Source: Deltaproteobacteria bacterium
GTDB lineage: Bacteria; Myxococcota_A; Polyangia; Polyangiales; Houyiibacteriaceae
DNA length: 64,000 nucleotides
Direction of reading: 5' to 3'
Assembly (NCBI GenBank): GCA_034670305.1
Contig: JAXMNT010000017.1
Coordinates: 64,001 to 128,000, forward strand
Notes under the pieces: generated by a model
The model's database searches: none
Told to the model about the DNA's origin: nothing
What the model saw: only the letters and a program-made list of their open reading frames with translations
Program-made: the position numbers and the translations under genes
Shown here: positions 27,711 through 38,020 of the stretch, in pieces
Layout of the letters: the number at the start of each line of letters is the position of its first letter
Position numbering within the stretch: position 1 is the first letter of the stretch

Positions 27711-29663
27711 TCACTCCGGGATGAGCTCCTGTCCGGCGGCGCAGGCGATCTCCACCCCGGTCGGGCCGGTGTCGGTGCGGAGGATCTTGACCTCCACGCG
27801 GCGGTTGGCCTCCCACGCGGTCGCGTTGTGGCGCGGGTCGGTTGGGCACCGCTCGCCGTAGCCTGCGCTGCGCAGCCGACCACCCGCGACGCCGCGCTGA
27901 ATGAGTGCTTCGCGGACCGCGGCGGCGCGGTCTCGGGTGAGCTGGATGTTGTACTCGTCGTCGCCACGCTCGTCGGCGTGTCCCTGGATCTCGACCAATT
28001 CCACTTCGGTGTGGCCGGTCATGGCCGCGGTGATCGCGTCGAGCACGGGGTAGCTCCGCTCCTGGATGCGGGCGCTGTCGGTGTCGAAGTAGATCTTCTC
28101 CAGCAAGATGAACCCGCCGGTCTCGTGCCGCAGCAGCCCCACATCCGGGCAGCCGTCTTCGTCCTCGAAGTTGTTGTACTCCTCGGGGTCGAGCGGGCAG
28201 TTGTCGTTCACGTCGAGGATGCGGTCGTTGTCGTTGTCCGGGTCTGGACAGCCGTCGTCGTCCTGGAAGTCGTCGGGGTCCTCGGGGTCGTTCGGGCACA
28301 TGTCGTCGCGGTCGAAGATGCCGTCGCGGTCGTTGTCGTCGTCCGGGCAGCCGTCCTCGTCCTGGAAGCCGTCGCGGTCTTCGGGGTCGTCCGGACACTC
28401 ATCGACTTCGTCGAGCAGCCCGTCGCCGTCGCGGTCGCCGGATTCGCCCTCCGGGCATCCGTCTTCGTCGGCGTCGCCGTCGCGGTCTTCGGGGACGAGT
28501 GGGCACTCGTCGTCGTCGTCGAGAATGCCGTCGCGGTCGTTGTCCGGATCGGGGCACCCATCGGGGTCGGCGAAGTTGTCGAAGTCCTCGGGTTCGTCTG
28601 GGCACTCGTCGACGTCGTCCTTGTAGCCGTCGCCGTCGCGGTCCCCGATCGACGGTTCGAAGACGAACCCGACGGTGCCGCGCCACTGCGCTGCCGAGAG
28701 CCCGTCGGTCAGCCCGAGGCCGCCGCCGATCTGCAGGAACGAAGAGTGCTGCACGAAGATCTTCAGTCCCACCAGCGCTTCCACCGAGAGCGCGCCTTCT
28801 TGTCCGAACGCGGTGACGATCTGCGTGCCGTAGCTCTCGAGCACGACCTCCAGCCCGTCCGTAGCGCGCACGCCGATGCCCGCGCCAAACGTCAGCTCGT
28901 CGTCGTAGGTGAGGTCTTCGCCCACGCCCGGAACGAACATGGCCGAAGTCGCGTTGGTGCCGGTGGGTTCGGTGCGTCCGCCGACGCGCACGGTGCTGCC
29001 TTCGCCGAGCACGGCCCGGTATCCGACGTTGCCCACGAGTCGCACGCGGCGGTGCGGGCGCCACTCGAGCACGATCTCAGGCCAGATGCCCACGCCCGGT
29101 GCGCCCGCGAAGTTGCGCTCCGCCCCGCTCGGCAACTGCAGCCGCACGATGGCCGCGAGCCCGATCGGATCCCGCTCCGGGCGGAGCAGCCGCACCTTGC
29201 CGTGCAGGACGAAGTCCCCGATGCCCTGTTGGCTGAGCCCGCCGACGTCTGGGCCGACGTTGTACTGACCGGGCACCTCCACCGCTGGGCCGCCCACCAC
29301 CGCGATGGGAAGTTGGGCACCGACGACCAGCCGGTTCGCGAGCCCGAGGTCCACGTGCAACGTGCCGGTGATCGAGTGATCGATCAGGTGCGAACGGCGC
29401 GACGCGTTGCCGGCCATCGCTCGGTCGTCGTTCGAGAACCCGTCGAACGGCACGATGCCGAAGCCGCCGTCCAAGACGAGGCCGAAGCTCACGTCGGTGT
29501 GGCCGAGGATGTCGGCGCCGTTGAGGGTGAGCAGGCCCTTCGAGTCCAGTGCCGGCCGGAACAGCCGCAGGTCCATGCCGCCGCCTTGCAGCTGGGCATC
29601 GGCGGAGGTGGGCCAGAAGAGGAGGGTCAGGGCCGCGCAGAGGAGACGAAAGCGTGGTTGCAT
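27711..29663 (-). CDS. OmpA-family protein with thrombospondin type 3 repeats (TraB-like architecture)
   Basis: Signal peptide, beta-barrel region, repeated D.D.DG..D..D.CP...ED.D.F.D.DGCPD, OmpA_C (IQGHAD...RA..V...NRRVE). Confidence 0.88.
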   Translation of the reverse strand: MQPRFRLLCAALTLLFWPTSADAQLQGGGMDLRLFRPALDSKGLLTLNGADILGHTDVSFGLVLDGGFGIVPFDGFSNDDRAMAGNASRRSHLIDHSITGTLHVDLGLANRLVVGAQLPIAVVGGPAVEVPGQYNVGPDVGGLSQQGIGDFVLHGKVRLLRPERDPIGLAAIVRLQLPSGAERNFAGAPGVGIWPEIVLEWRPHRRVRLVGNVGYRAVLGEGSTVRVGGRTEPTGTNATSAMFVPGVGEDLTYDDELTFGAGIGVRATDGLEVVLESYGTQIVTAFGQEGALSVEALVGLKIFVQHSSFLQIGGGLGLTDGLSAAQWRGTVGFVFEPSIGDRDGDGYKDDVDECPDEPEDFDNFADPDGCPDPDNDRDGILDDDDECPLVPEDRDGDADEDGCPEGESGDRDGDGLLDEVDECPDDPEDRDGFQDEDGCPDDDNDRDGIFDRDDMCPNDPEDPDDFQDDDGCPDPDNDNDRILDVNDNCPLDPEEYNNFEDEDGCPDVGLLRHETGGFILLEKIYFDTDSARIQERSYPVLDAITAAMTGHTEVELVEIQGHADERGDDEYNIQLTRDRAAAVREALIQRGVAGGRLRSAGYGERCPTDPRHNATAWEANRRVEVKILRTDTGPTGVEIACAAGQELIPE

Positions 29664-29774
29664 GCCCTCGTGCATCGCAACGGACGTGCCGCACAGAAAC
29701 CGGCGCGGCGTCCGCCCGGTCGTCGTGCCCGCACCACCGCCTGTCGTCTACAAGCGACAACACCCAGCGCGCAT

Positions 29775-29992
29775 CGGCTTCGGCGTCGGCGTCGGTTTCG
29801 CCCTCGGCTTCGGCTTCGGCTTCGGCTTCGGGATCGGCTTCAGCTTCAGCTTCAGCTTCGGCTTCGGCTTCGGCTTCGGCTTCGGGATCGGCTTCGGGAT
29901 CGGCTTCAGCTTCGGCTTCGGCTTCGGGATCGGCTTCAGCTTCGGCTTCGGCTTCGGATTCGGCGTCGGCGTCGGCCTCGCTTCGGCGTCGG
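29775..29992 (-). repeat. GCCGAA-type hexamer array (GGCTTC on +)
   Basis: Direct reading. Confidence 0.95.
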
Positions 29993-30019
29993 CCACAAGA
30001 ACGGCCTCATCCTCGACGC

Positions 30020-30415
30020 TCAGTTGAGTGAGTGCGGCATCGCGAGCGCGAACGGCGCGATCTCTGCGTCGAACACTTCGCCGTCGTCGGTATGCATCTG
30101 GTAGCTGCCGCGCATCTCGCCGCGCGGCGTCGTCAGGATGGCGCCGCTGGTGTACTCGAACCCTTCGCCGGGTCGCAGCACCGGCTGTTCACCGACGACC
30201 CCGGGTCCGCGCACCTCTTCGACCTCGCCCAGCTGGTTCCGGATCACCCAGTGCCGCGTGCGGAGCTGGACGGGGGCCTCGTGGGTGAGGTTCTCGATGC
30301 GCACCCGATACGCGAACACGTAGCGGAGCGCCTGCGGGTTGCTCTGCGCTTCCACGTATTGACTCTGCACCACCACGCGGATGCCGTTGGTCGTGGCCGT
30401 TGACTGGATGTCCAT
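30020..30415 (-). CDS. apaG: ApaG protein
   Basis: YVFAY.VRI.N...QL.TRHW.I...[22 protein letters not shown]. Confidence 0.96.
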   Translation of the reverse strand: MDIQSTATTNGIRVVVQSQYVEAQSNPQALRYVFAYRVRIENLTHEAPVQLRTRHWVIRNQLGEVEEVRGPGVVGEQPVLRPGEGFEYTSGAILTTPRGEMRGSYQMHTDDGEVFDAEIAPFALAMPHSLN

Positions 30416-30431
30416 CGCGAAAAGGAAGGTG

Positions 30432-30941
30432 CTACGCCGCCGCGTTGGCGGCAGCGTCCCACGCGGACTTCACGGTCTTGAAGGTCTCGATGGCGGACGC
30501 CGCGAGGTTGAGCGCTTGCGCTTCGACCAGTTTTCCGTGGACCGCTTTCGGATCCTTGTCCCAGCCCTTCGGCAGGTCGAGGCGCACGTTGAGCGGAACG
30601 CCCCCGAGCAGTCCTTGCTCTTCGAGGGTCCACACCGCTTCCGCCGCGAGGAACTGTCCGGCGACTTTGCGCACTTCCGGGGTGAGGTGGCTTGCGAGCG
30701 GGAACAGGTCGTAGAGTGCGACCGTGCCCTTCGGAAGTTTCAGCGCTTTGCGCAACGCGGCGAATGCGGGCGCGGCGACGGAGAGTTCGACCAGGTCCAT
30801 GCCGGCGATCTGGTGGGCGCTGGAGGAGACGATCGCGCGCTCCATCGCGTCCCCGTGGCTGCGGGTGGTCGCGGCGGGTCGCGCGCCGGAATCGAGCAAC
30901 GCGGTGACGACGAGGAAGGGGGTAGGGCTGGGCTCTGCCAT
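30432..30941 (-). CDS. Hypothetical protein
   Basis: Natural-looking ORF within a minus-strand operon. Confidence 0.75.
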   Translation of the reverse strand: MAEPSPTPFLVVTALLDSGARPAATTRSHGDAMERAIVSSSAHQIAGMDLVELSVAAPAFAALRKALKLPKGTVALYDLFPLASHLTPEVRKVAGQFLAAEAVWTLEEQGLLGGVPLNVRLDLPKGWDKDPKAVHGKLVEAQALNLAASAIETFKTVKSAWDAAANAAA

Positions 30942-31010
30942 GGCGGCGGAACATAGCCAATTCAGAGCGCGCACGACAGGGGAGAAGAGCCGAAGGCCTC
31001 GGCAGCAACT

Positions 31011-31922
31011 CTAGGGTCGGCCGAAGACGAGCTTCTTTTCGCTGCCGTCTTCGAAACCGCACAGCATCTGCCCGGGCGCGACCACCTGCAGCACCTTGCC
31101 GACCCCGAACTTCGGGTGGACGAAGTACTGTCCGGCTTCGTAGGTCGCCCGCATGCTGTAGCGCTCGGCGCTGCCACGCGCGGCGGCGACTTCGTCCGCG
31201 GTCAGGCGCTCCGCGGCGCGGGTGGTGCCTTTGGAGCTCTTCGACTTCGAACTGGACTTCGCGCTGCTCGACTTCGAACTCGAACCCGCGGTGCGGCGTC
31301 GTTTGGTGGGCGCGGCCTCTCTTGGCGGCGCGATGCGCTCGGCGGACTTCGCCAAGCCGCGCACCGAATACTGCGCTTTGCGAAAGTGACTCAGCAGCGC
31401 TTCGCAGACGAGCACCTCTTCCACGACCGGCGCACGCCCTGAGGCGAAACACTCTTCGTGGTACTCGTGCGCGGCCTTCACGATGAGCACGAGTCGTTCG
31501 GCGCGGTCGAGTTCGTTCGGACCCCCACCGAGCGCGGGGAACGCGACGCGCTCCACGTTGCGTTCGGCGGCGAAGCGCAGCACCTGCAGCACGCCCTCGC
31601 GAATGATCGCCGCGGTGGGGGCGTCCGATCGCGCGGTGCCGGGTTCGGGTTCGCGGCTCGCGATCCACGCGAGGAAGTTGCAGTGCAGGCGGCCGGGATG
31701 CACGCGGATCACCGACGGGATCTCGAGCTTGCGGCCCTCGACTTGGCGCAGTTCGTTGTCGAGCGCGCGCTGCAGCGTGTCGCCGTAGTGCTCGCGCAGT
31801 TCGCTGTCCGGTCCGGGCCCCGGCCACATCTGCATGTCGGCGGTGCCGTCGTAGGCGATGCATCCGACGCGCTGTTTGGACGGGAGGGAGAAGACCGAGA
31901 GATTGATCAGCGTGACTTCCAC
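31011..31922 (-). CDS. Degenerate macro-domain protein with C-terminal Tudor-like (DUF3553/UvrD-CTD-like) domain
   Basis: VAFPALGGG macro motif; Ser/Lys linker; VHPKFGVGKV tail. Confidence 0.75.
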   Translation of the reverse strand: MEVTLINLSVFSLPSKQRVGCIAYDGTADMQMWPGPGPDSELREHYGDTLQRALDNELRQVEGRKLEIPSVIRVHPGRLHCNFLAWIASREPEPGTARSDAPTAAIIREGVLQVLRFAAERNVERVAFPALGGGPNELDRAERLVLIVKAAHEYHEECFASGRAPVVEEVLVCEALLSHFRKAQYSVRGLAKSAERIAPPREAAPTKRRRTAGSSSKSSSAKSSSKSKSSKGTTRAAERLTADEVAAARGSAERYSMRATYEAGQYFVHPKFGVGKVLQVVAPGQMLCGFEDGSEKKLVFGRP

Positions 31923-31975
31923 TAGGTCAGGCGCTTAGCACGCGAACCGCACGCGTCTCGTGCCGATCTCGGAAA

Positions 31976-32578
31976 TCAGAACAAGCTGTCGATGGGGCCG
32001 GCGCCTTCGCGGACGATGGTCGGGTCGGGGGTCGAGAGATCGATGACGGTCGACGGGTCGAGCGCGCCCCAGCCCGAGTCGATCAGCAGGTCGGCTTGTT
32101 TGAAGCGAACCGCGAGGTCGTCCGGGTCGTTGAGCTGCTCGCCGTCCCAGGTCGCCGAGGTGGAGACGATGGGGTTGCCGAGCTCCCGCACGAGCGCCAG
32201 CGCGACTTCGTGGTGCGGCACGCGGATGCCCACCGTCTTGCGTTTCATCATCAAGATGCGCGGGACCTCGCGCGTCGCCTGCAGGATGAACGTGTAGGGC
32301 CCGGGCAGCAGCCGGCGCATGATGCGGTAGGCGCGGTCGTCCACAATGGCGTAGCGCGCGATGTCTCCGAGATCCGGACAGACGAACGCGACCGGATGGT
32401 CCTTCTTCATCTGCTTGATCTGGTAGACCCGATCGAGCGCCTTCTTCTGCATGGCGTCGCAGCCGATCGCGTAGACGGTGTCGGTCGGGTAGCAGATCAC
32501 GCCGCCGCGCCGGAGGATCTCGACCGCCTTGCCGATCTTGCGTGGCTCGGGATGGGTGGGGTGGATCTCCATGCGCAT
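31976..32578 (-). CDS. SUA5/YciO/YrdC-family protein
   Basis: YPTDTVYAIGCD, LPGPYTFIL, KRKTVGIRVP, STSA, PSTVIDL. Confidence 0.95.
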   Translation of the reverse strand: MRMEIHPTHPEPRKIGKAVEILRRGGVICYPTDTVYAIGCDAMQKKALDRVYQIKQMKKDHPVAFVCPDLGDIARYAIVDDRAYRIMRRLLPGPYTFILQATREVPRILMMKRKTVGIRVPHHEVALALVRELGNPIVSTSATWDGEQLNDPDDLAVRFKQADLLIDSGWGALDPSTVIDLSTPDPTIVREGAGPIDSLF

Positions 32579-32609
32579 GGCGCGCCAGGTAGCGCGTCTC
32601 GCGCCAGGT

Positions 32610-33101
32610 TCAAGTGGAGCGCTCCTCGAGCAGCCTCCGCGCGGCGTGTTGATGTTCGAGAAGCGCCGGGTCGAGTCCATCGCGCCACCGGGCCGGCGTG
32701 ACGAATCCGTGGTGGCCGGCCCACGCGCGTCCCAAGCGTTCCCATGCACGGGGCGCCACCCCGATCAGCCACCCGTCCGGCGTGGTGAAGACGTGATCAA
32801 CCGCCCAGTCGAGCGCGAGCGCGGTCGCGTCCAAGAAGGCGCGCACCGCTTGGTCGCGGACCGAGGCAGCGCGCTCAGGTTCGACCGGTTCGTAGAGTCG
32901 GTCGAGCATCTCCCAGCTCTGAATCCGTCCGAGCAGCTCCGCGTGCGCGATGGGGCGTTCGGCCTCGGGCCGCAACACCCCTTCGAACCCGACCCCCCCG
33001 TCGACGTGGATCACCTGCTGCGCGTCGTAGAGTACGCGCGCTTCGGCGGTCCGTCCGGCGAGGAGCGCGGCGGCGAACGGAGCGTCGCGCCAGCTGCGCA
33101 T
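32610..33101 (-). CDS. Hypothetical protein
   Basis: ATG directly follows the kinase TGA in the same frame; fills the gap to the SUA5-like gene. Confidence 0.6.
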   Translation of the reverse strand: MRSWRDAPFAAALLAGRTAEARVLYDAQQVIHVDGGVGFEGVLRPEAERPIAHAELLGRIQSWEMLDRLYEPVEPERAASVRDQAVRAFLDATALALDWAVDHVFTTPDGWLIGVAPRAWERLGRAWAGHHGFVTPARWRDGLDPALLEHQHAARRLLEERST

Positions 33102-34172
33102 TCAGCCCGAGAGCACGAGGCCGAGCACGGCCACAAGGGCGATCGCCGCGATGCTGAGCACGGCGATCATCACGTAGAAGAGTGTCTTGTCGTTCGAGCC
33201 CTGGGCAGGCGCGATCGGTTGCTGCGCCGATGCGATGGGCGCGACCGGTGCGTGCGCGACCGGGGCTTGCCCCAATGGCGCGACCGGTGCGTGTGCTGGA
33301 GCCGCTGCCGCGGTGCCGAGCCCGGGGATCGCTTCGAGCGCGCGCAACATCTCTCCGGCGTCTTGGTACCGGTCGGTCGCCTTCTTCGCCATGGCCTTCA
33401 CGATCACCGCGTCGAGTTCGGCAGGCAACCGCACGCCGCCCTCGAGCACGTCGTTCACGCTCGGCACCGGCTTGCCGAAGTGCGCTTGGAACATCGAGAT
33501 GCGGTCTTCTTCCATGAACGGCCACAGCCCGGTGAACACCTCGAAGAGGATCACGCCGGCCGAGTAGACATCGCCGCGTGTGTCGACGGGTGCACCAGCG
33601 CATTGTTCGGGCGCCATGTACGCCGGGGTGCCCATCACCGAGCCTTGCACCGTGAGGTTCTTGGACTCGCCCCAGCGGTCGTCATCCACGAACTTCACGA
33701 GGCCGAAGTCGAGCAGCTTCGCGGTCATGGTTCCGTCGGCCGCGGTCGAGACGAAGACGTTCTCGGTCTTGAGATCGCGGTGCAGCACGGATTTGGAGTG
33801 CGCGAACGCGAGACCGGTGAGCACTTGACGGCACAGGTCGTAGGCGATGGGCGGTGCGAGTGGTCCGTCCTCGACCATCGCGTCGAGCGGGCTGCCGCTC
33901 AGCAGCTCCATCGCGAGGTAGGGCATGCCGTTGACGATGCCGAAGTCGTGGACCGCGAGCACGTTCGGGTGCTCGAGGGCAAAGAGGGCGCGGGCTTCGC
34001 GTTCGAAGCGTTCGCGCAGCTCGGCCTGGTCGCCAAGCTCTTCGTGCAGCACCTTGATCGCGAGCTGTGGCCCGTTCGGCTGCTCCGCCCGATACACCGC
34101 CCCCATGGCCCCCTCGCCGATGAGTTCGAGGATCCGGTAGCGCCCGTCGAGCACGGCGCCGATGAGGTTCAT
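33102..34172 (-). CDS. Ser/Thr protein kinase with C-terminal TM
   Basis: IGEGAMGAVY, LAIK, HRDLKTEN, DFG, GTPAYMAPE; terminal hydrophobic helix. Confidence 0.93.
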   Translation of the reverse strand: MNLIGAVLDGRYRILELIGEGAMGAVYRAEQPNGPQLAIKVLHEELGDQAELRERFEREARALFALEHPNVLAVHDFGIVNGMPYLAMELLSGSPLDAMVEDGPLAPPIAYDLCRQVLTGLAFAHSKSVLHRDLKTENVFVSTAADGTMTAKLLDFGLVKFVDDDRWGESKNLTVQGSVMGTPAYMAPEQCAGAPVDTRGDVYSAGVILFEVFTGLWPFMEEDRISMFQAHFGKPVPSVNDVLEGGVRLPAELDAVIVKAMAKKATDRYQDAGEMLRALEAIPGLGTAAAAPAHAPVAPLGQAPVAHAPVAPIASAQQPIAPAQGSNDKTLFYVMIAVLSIAAIALVAVLGLVLSG

Positions 34173-34278
34173 GACGGTGGGTCGTCCGCTCTGCACGTGC
34201 GCCGATTCTTCACGCTGCCCACCCCACGTCAAGCCAACCCGCCAAACCCGGCCCAAACACAGAGTCATGGGGACCGCA

Positions 34279-34508
34279 ATCGGGATCGGCTTCGGGATTC
34301 GGCGTCGGAGTCTGCTGCTTCGGAATCGCCGTCGGAATCGGCGTCGGAATCGGCGTCGGAATCGGCGTCGGAATCGGCGTCGGAATCGGCGTCGGAATCG
34401 GCGTCGGAATCGGCGTCGGAATCGGCTTCGGAATCGGCGTCGGAATCGGCGTCGGAATCGGCGTCGGAATCGGCGTCGGAATCGGCGTCGGAATCGGCTT
34501 CGGGGTCG
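34279..34508. repeat. 12-bp (GGAATCGGCGTC)n array
   Basis: Direct reading; between coaBC and the kinase. Confidence 0.95.
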
Positions 34509-34546
34509 ACCTCCGCGGCCACCCATCGGGGATGGGCACGGACCTG

Positions 34547-35776
34547 TCAGCGTGCGATCAGCGCGGCGACTCGGTCGAGGATGGCGTCGGCGAGTTCGCG
34601 TTTGGTGCCTCGGGGGAGTTCGGTGGCGCTGTGGGCGTCGACCAGGGTGACCAGGTTGTCGTCTTTGCCGAACCCGTCGCGCGCGAGGTTGCCGACGATC
34701 AAGTCGACCTTCTTGCGCTCGAGTTTGCCTCGGGCGCGGACGACGACGTCGGACGTCTCGAGCGCGAAGCCGACCAACAGGGGTCGACTGCCGGTTCTCG
34801 CGGCGCCGAGCTCTGCGAGAATGTCCGGGTTGCGCACGAGCTCGAGCACGCGGCCTTCCTGCGCGTCCTTTGACTTCTTGATCTTCTCCGCCGCCACATC
34901 CTTCGGGCGGAAGTCCGCGACGGCGGCCGCCATGATCACGACATCGGCGCCGGCTTCCAGGCTGCCTTCGAGTGCGGCTTTCATCTCAAGCGCGGAGCGG
35001 ACGGGGACGCGGCGAATCGCGGGGTGGGGGTCCGGAAGGGTGGTGGGGCCGGAGACCAGCACCACCGACGCTCCGCGGGCACGCGCGGCTTCGGCGAGCG
35101 CGTAGCCCATACGGCCGGTCGAGCGGTTGCCGAGGTACCGCACCGGATCGAGATCCTCGTGGGTGGGACCGGCGCTGACGACGACGGTGAGGCCGCTCAG
35201 ATCCGACGCCGGTTTCGCGTCGGCCGTCTCGGAATCCGCGAGCACCCGCTCGAGGGCGTCCGCGATGTCCTCCGGTTCGGCGAGGCGTCCGTCGCCCACC
35301 TCGCCGCTCGCGAGTGGGCCGCACACGGGGCCGACGAACGCCGCGCCGTCCCCTCGGAGCCGTTCGACGTTGCGGCGCGTCGCTGGGCGCGACCACATGC
35401 GGTGGTGCATCGCCGGAGCGAACAGCACCGGGCAGGCGACGCAGGAGAGGGTGGCGAGCACCGCGTCGTCGGCGAAGCCGTGCGCGCTGCGGGCGAGCAG
35501 GTTCATCGTGGCGGGCGCGACGACCATCGCGTCGGCCCAGACGCCGAGCTCGACGTGGACTTCGCCCGCGTAACTCGGGTCCCAGAGATCGGTGACGGCG
35601 GGCCGGCCAGTGATGCCGGTGAACGTGACCGGGCCGACGAAGCGGGCGCCGGCGCGGGTCATGACGACGCGGACTTCGTGGCCGCGGCGCTGCAACTCGC
35701 GGACGAGGAGCACGGCTTTGAACGCGGCGATGCCACCACCCACCCCGACGACGATTCGAGCCACGAGCGCGAGCAT
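34547..35776 (-). CDS. coaBC: Phosphopantothenoylcysteine decarboxylase / phosphopantothenate-cysteine ligase
   Basis: [51 protein letters not shown]. Confidence 0.96.
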   Translation of the reverse strand: MLALVARIVVGVGGGIAAFKAVLLVRELQRRGHEVRVVMTRAGARFVGPVTFTGITGRPAVTDLWDPSYAGEVHVELGVWADAMVVAPATMNLLARSAHGFADDAVLATLSCVACPVLFAPAMHHRMWSRPATRRNVERLRGDGAAFVGPVCGPLASGEVGDGRLAEPEDIADALERVLADSETADAKPASDLSGLTVVVSAGPTHEDLDPVRYLGNRSTGRMGYALAEAARARGASVVLVSGPTTLPDPHPAIRRVPVRSALEMKAALEGSLEAGADVVIMAAAVADFRPKDVAAEKIKKSKDAQEGRVLELVRNPDILAELGAARTGSRPLLVGFALETSDVVVRARGKLERKKVDLIVGNLARDGFGKDDNLVTLVDAHSATELPRGTKRELADAILDRVAALIAR

Positions 35777-35811
35777 AGCAAGGCGCGCGGGCTGGGGTTG
35801 TTGGCGACGCA

Positions 35812-36279
35812 GTTCTTGTCGCTGCCGTTGTCTCTGTCGCAGTTTCTGTCGCTGCCGTTGTTTCTGTCGCTGACGCTGGTTCTGTCGCTGGTTTGGCGCT
35901 GGTTCTGTCGCCGACGCTGGTTCTGTCGCTGACGCTGCTTCTGACGCTGACGCTGGTTCTGTCGCTGACGCTGGTTCTGTCGCTGACGCTGGTTCTGTCG
36001 CTGACGCTGGTTCTGTCGCTGACGCTGGTTCTGTCGCTGAACCCGATGCCGACGCCGATGCCGAAGCCGATGCCGACGCCGAAGCCGAAGCCGAAGCCGA
36101 TGCCGATGCCGATGCCGAAGCCGATGCCGACGCCGAAGCCGAAGCCGATGCCGAAGCCGATGCCGATGCCGAAGCCGATGCCGATGCCGAAGCCGATGCC
36201 GACGCCGATGCCGATGCCGATGCCCATGCCGAAGCCGAAGCCGAAGCCGATGCCGATGCCGACGCCGATGCCGATGCCG
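35812..36279. repeat. Compound array: 18-bp (GCTGACGCTGGTTCTGTC)n followed by GCCGAT/GCCGAA hexamers
   Basis: Direct reading; fills the coaBC/VanW divergent region. Confidence 0.95.
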
Positions 36280-36323
36280 TGGAAAAGTTGACCACTGAAG
36301 CCCGTCTCTGGAGCATCGGGCGC

Positions 36324-37769
36324 ATGCGACGACTGGTCTTGCTCGTGGCGCTCTTGATGGTGCCGGCCGGGTTCTCGGCCCGGGCCGACGATGCCGTGGT
36401 GCGGGTCGCTGGGGTGGCGGTGCCGGCGTCGGAGTCTCCGGGCCAGGCGGCGCAGCGGTTGGCGGAGACGTACCTCCAAGAGACGATCACGATCGGGGGC
36501 ATCGGCGCGACGCAGACGCGGACGCGTGCTTCGCTTGGCGGCAAGGTCGATCTCGAATTGCTCGAGCGGTGGATTCGAGAGGCGCGCGACCCGGACTCGC
36601 GGCTGAGAGAAGCGTCGAGCCTGCCGATCGATCTGCGTCTGCCGGTGCTGCTGGATCCCGAGGCGCCCCGGGGGTGGCTGACCGAACTCAAGGCGCGGCG
36701 CGATCGAGCCGCGCACGATGCGACGCTCGATCCGGAGACCGGCGAAGTCGTTGCGGAGCTCGCTGGGGTCGCGGTGGATGTGTGGGCCACGCTGGACCGT
36801 CTGGACGCGGCGCTTCGCGACGGCACCGACCGGGTGGAGATCGTGGTGCGCACCACCGAAGCGCGGCGGACCGCGGCCCAGCTGCACGCCGCGGATGTGC
36901 GCACGGTGCTCGGCACCTTCGAGACGCCGTACAACGGGAGCGGCGAAGCGGCGGAGCGGACCCACAACCTCCGGGTCGCGGCCGCGAAGATCGATGGGCT
37001 CGTGCTCCTGCCGGGCGAAGAGTTCGACTTCAACGACGTGGTCGGCGAACGCAGCTTGGCCAACGGGTTCAAACCGGCGCCGGTCATCGCAGGCGGCGAG
37101 CTGGTGGATGGAGTCGGTGGCGGCGCGTGTCAGATCGCCGGCACGCTGCATGCGGCGGCCTACTTCGCGGGCCTCGAGATCGTCGAGCGCAGCCCGCACA
37201 GCCGGCCGAGCTCGTACATCAAGCTCGGCCTCGACGCGGCGGTGTCGTACCCGAACCTGACCTTCCGGTTCCGCAACAACCGCGACTTCCCGATCCTCGT
37301 CCGGCTTGTCGTGCAGGGCGGCTGGGTTCGGGGTGAGCTGCGCGGGGCGGAACGGACCGAACGGGTGGCGTTCATCCGCCGCATCGACGAGGTCGCGCCG
37401 TTCGACGAGCGCGAACAGAACGACAGCCGGCTTCCGAGCGGCGTGCGGGTGCTGAGCCAACGTGGCGTTCCTGGGTTCAGCCTCACCACCTTTCGACTTC
37501 TCACCGATGTCCGAACGCGGCAGTCGCGGCGGCAACGGAGTGAGTCGAGCTACCCGCCGACCACGCAGATCTGGCGGGTCGGGACCGGACCGGCAGCGGC
37601 GGCAGGCTACGAGCCTCCGAGCGGCGACACCCACGGCGAGTACACGGCGGACTCGTACCTCGTGACCACTCAGGGACCGGACGTGGAAGGCACGCCGACG
37701 ATTCGCCGGGCGGGCCGGACGGGCACACGTGGGTGGACGGCGCGGGAGGGCATGCCCCAGCCGGACTGA
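36324..37769 (+). CDS. VanW-family exported protein
   Basis: R.HNL..AA.KIDG..L.PGEEF.FN.VVG.RS, GGGACQ, ERSPHS, GLDAAVSY...FRN. Confidence 0.92.
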   Translation: MRRLVLLVALLMVPAGFSARADDAVVRVAGVAVPASESPGQAAQRLAETYLQETITIGGIGATQTRTRASLGGKVDLELLERWIREARDPDSRLREASSLPIDLRLPVLLDPEAPRGWLTELKARRDRAAHDATLDPETGEVVAELAGVAVDVWATLDRLDAALRDGTDRVEIVVRTTEARRTAAQLHAADVRTVLGTFETPYNGSGEAAERTHNLRVAAAKIDGLVLLPGEEFDFNDVVGERSLANGFKPAPVIAGGELVDGVGGGACQIAGTLHAAAYFAGLEIVERSPHSRPSSYIKLGLDAAVSYPNLTFRFRNNRDFPILVRLVVQGGWVRGELRGAERTERVAFIRRIDEVAPFDEREQNDSRLPSGVRVLSQRGVPGFSLTTFRLLTDVRTRQSRRQRSESSYPPTTQIWRVGTGPAAAAGYEPPSGDTHGEYTADSYLVTTQGPDVEGTPTIRRAGRTGTRGWTAREGMPQPD

Positions 37770-37776
37770 CATCTTC

Positions 37777-37975
37777 CCGAAGCCGACGCCGACGCCGAAG
37801 CCGAAGCCGAAGCCGAAGCCGAAGCCGATGCCGATGCCGAAGCCGATGCCGATGCCGAAGCCGATGCTGATGCCGATGCCGATGCTGATGCCGACGCCGA
37901 AGCTGAGGCCGAAGCCGAAGCCGTTGCCGAAGCGCCGAGGCCGAGGCCGAACGCCGTTGCCGTTGCCGATGGTGC
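37777..37975 (+). repeat. GCCGAN hexamer array
   Basis: Direct reading. Confidence 0.95.
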
Positions 37976-38020
37976 TGCTCGACATGGTCGGTGGCAGGGC
38001 TCTCGTGCTAAATTGTACGG

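Noticed and set aside
29549-30031. ORFs encoding (SA)n, (GF)n, (PK)n or (RL)n across the hexamer arrays
   Set aside because: Products of stop-free repeats with no RBS or domain evidence; treated as non-coding unless in frame with a real gene.
34547-37087. 846-aa coaBC fusion, and long N-terminal extensions of folD and the 33102 kinase
   Set aside because: The extensions run through repeats or antisense genes; recognisable sequence starts at 35776, 63299 and 34172.
36324-37769. Vancomycin resistance locus
   Set aside because: A VanW domain alone is widespread; no vanHAX or vanRS genes are present.
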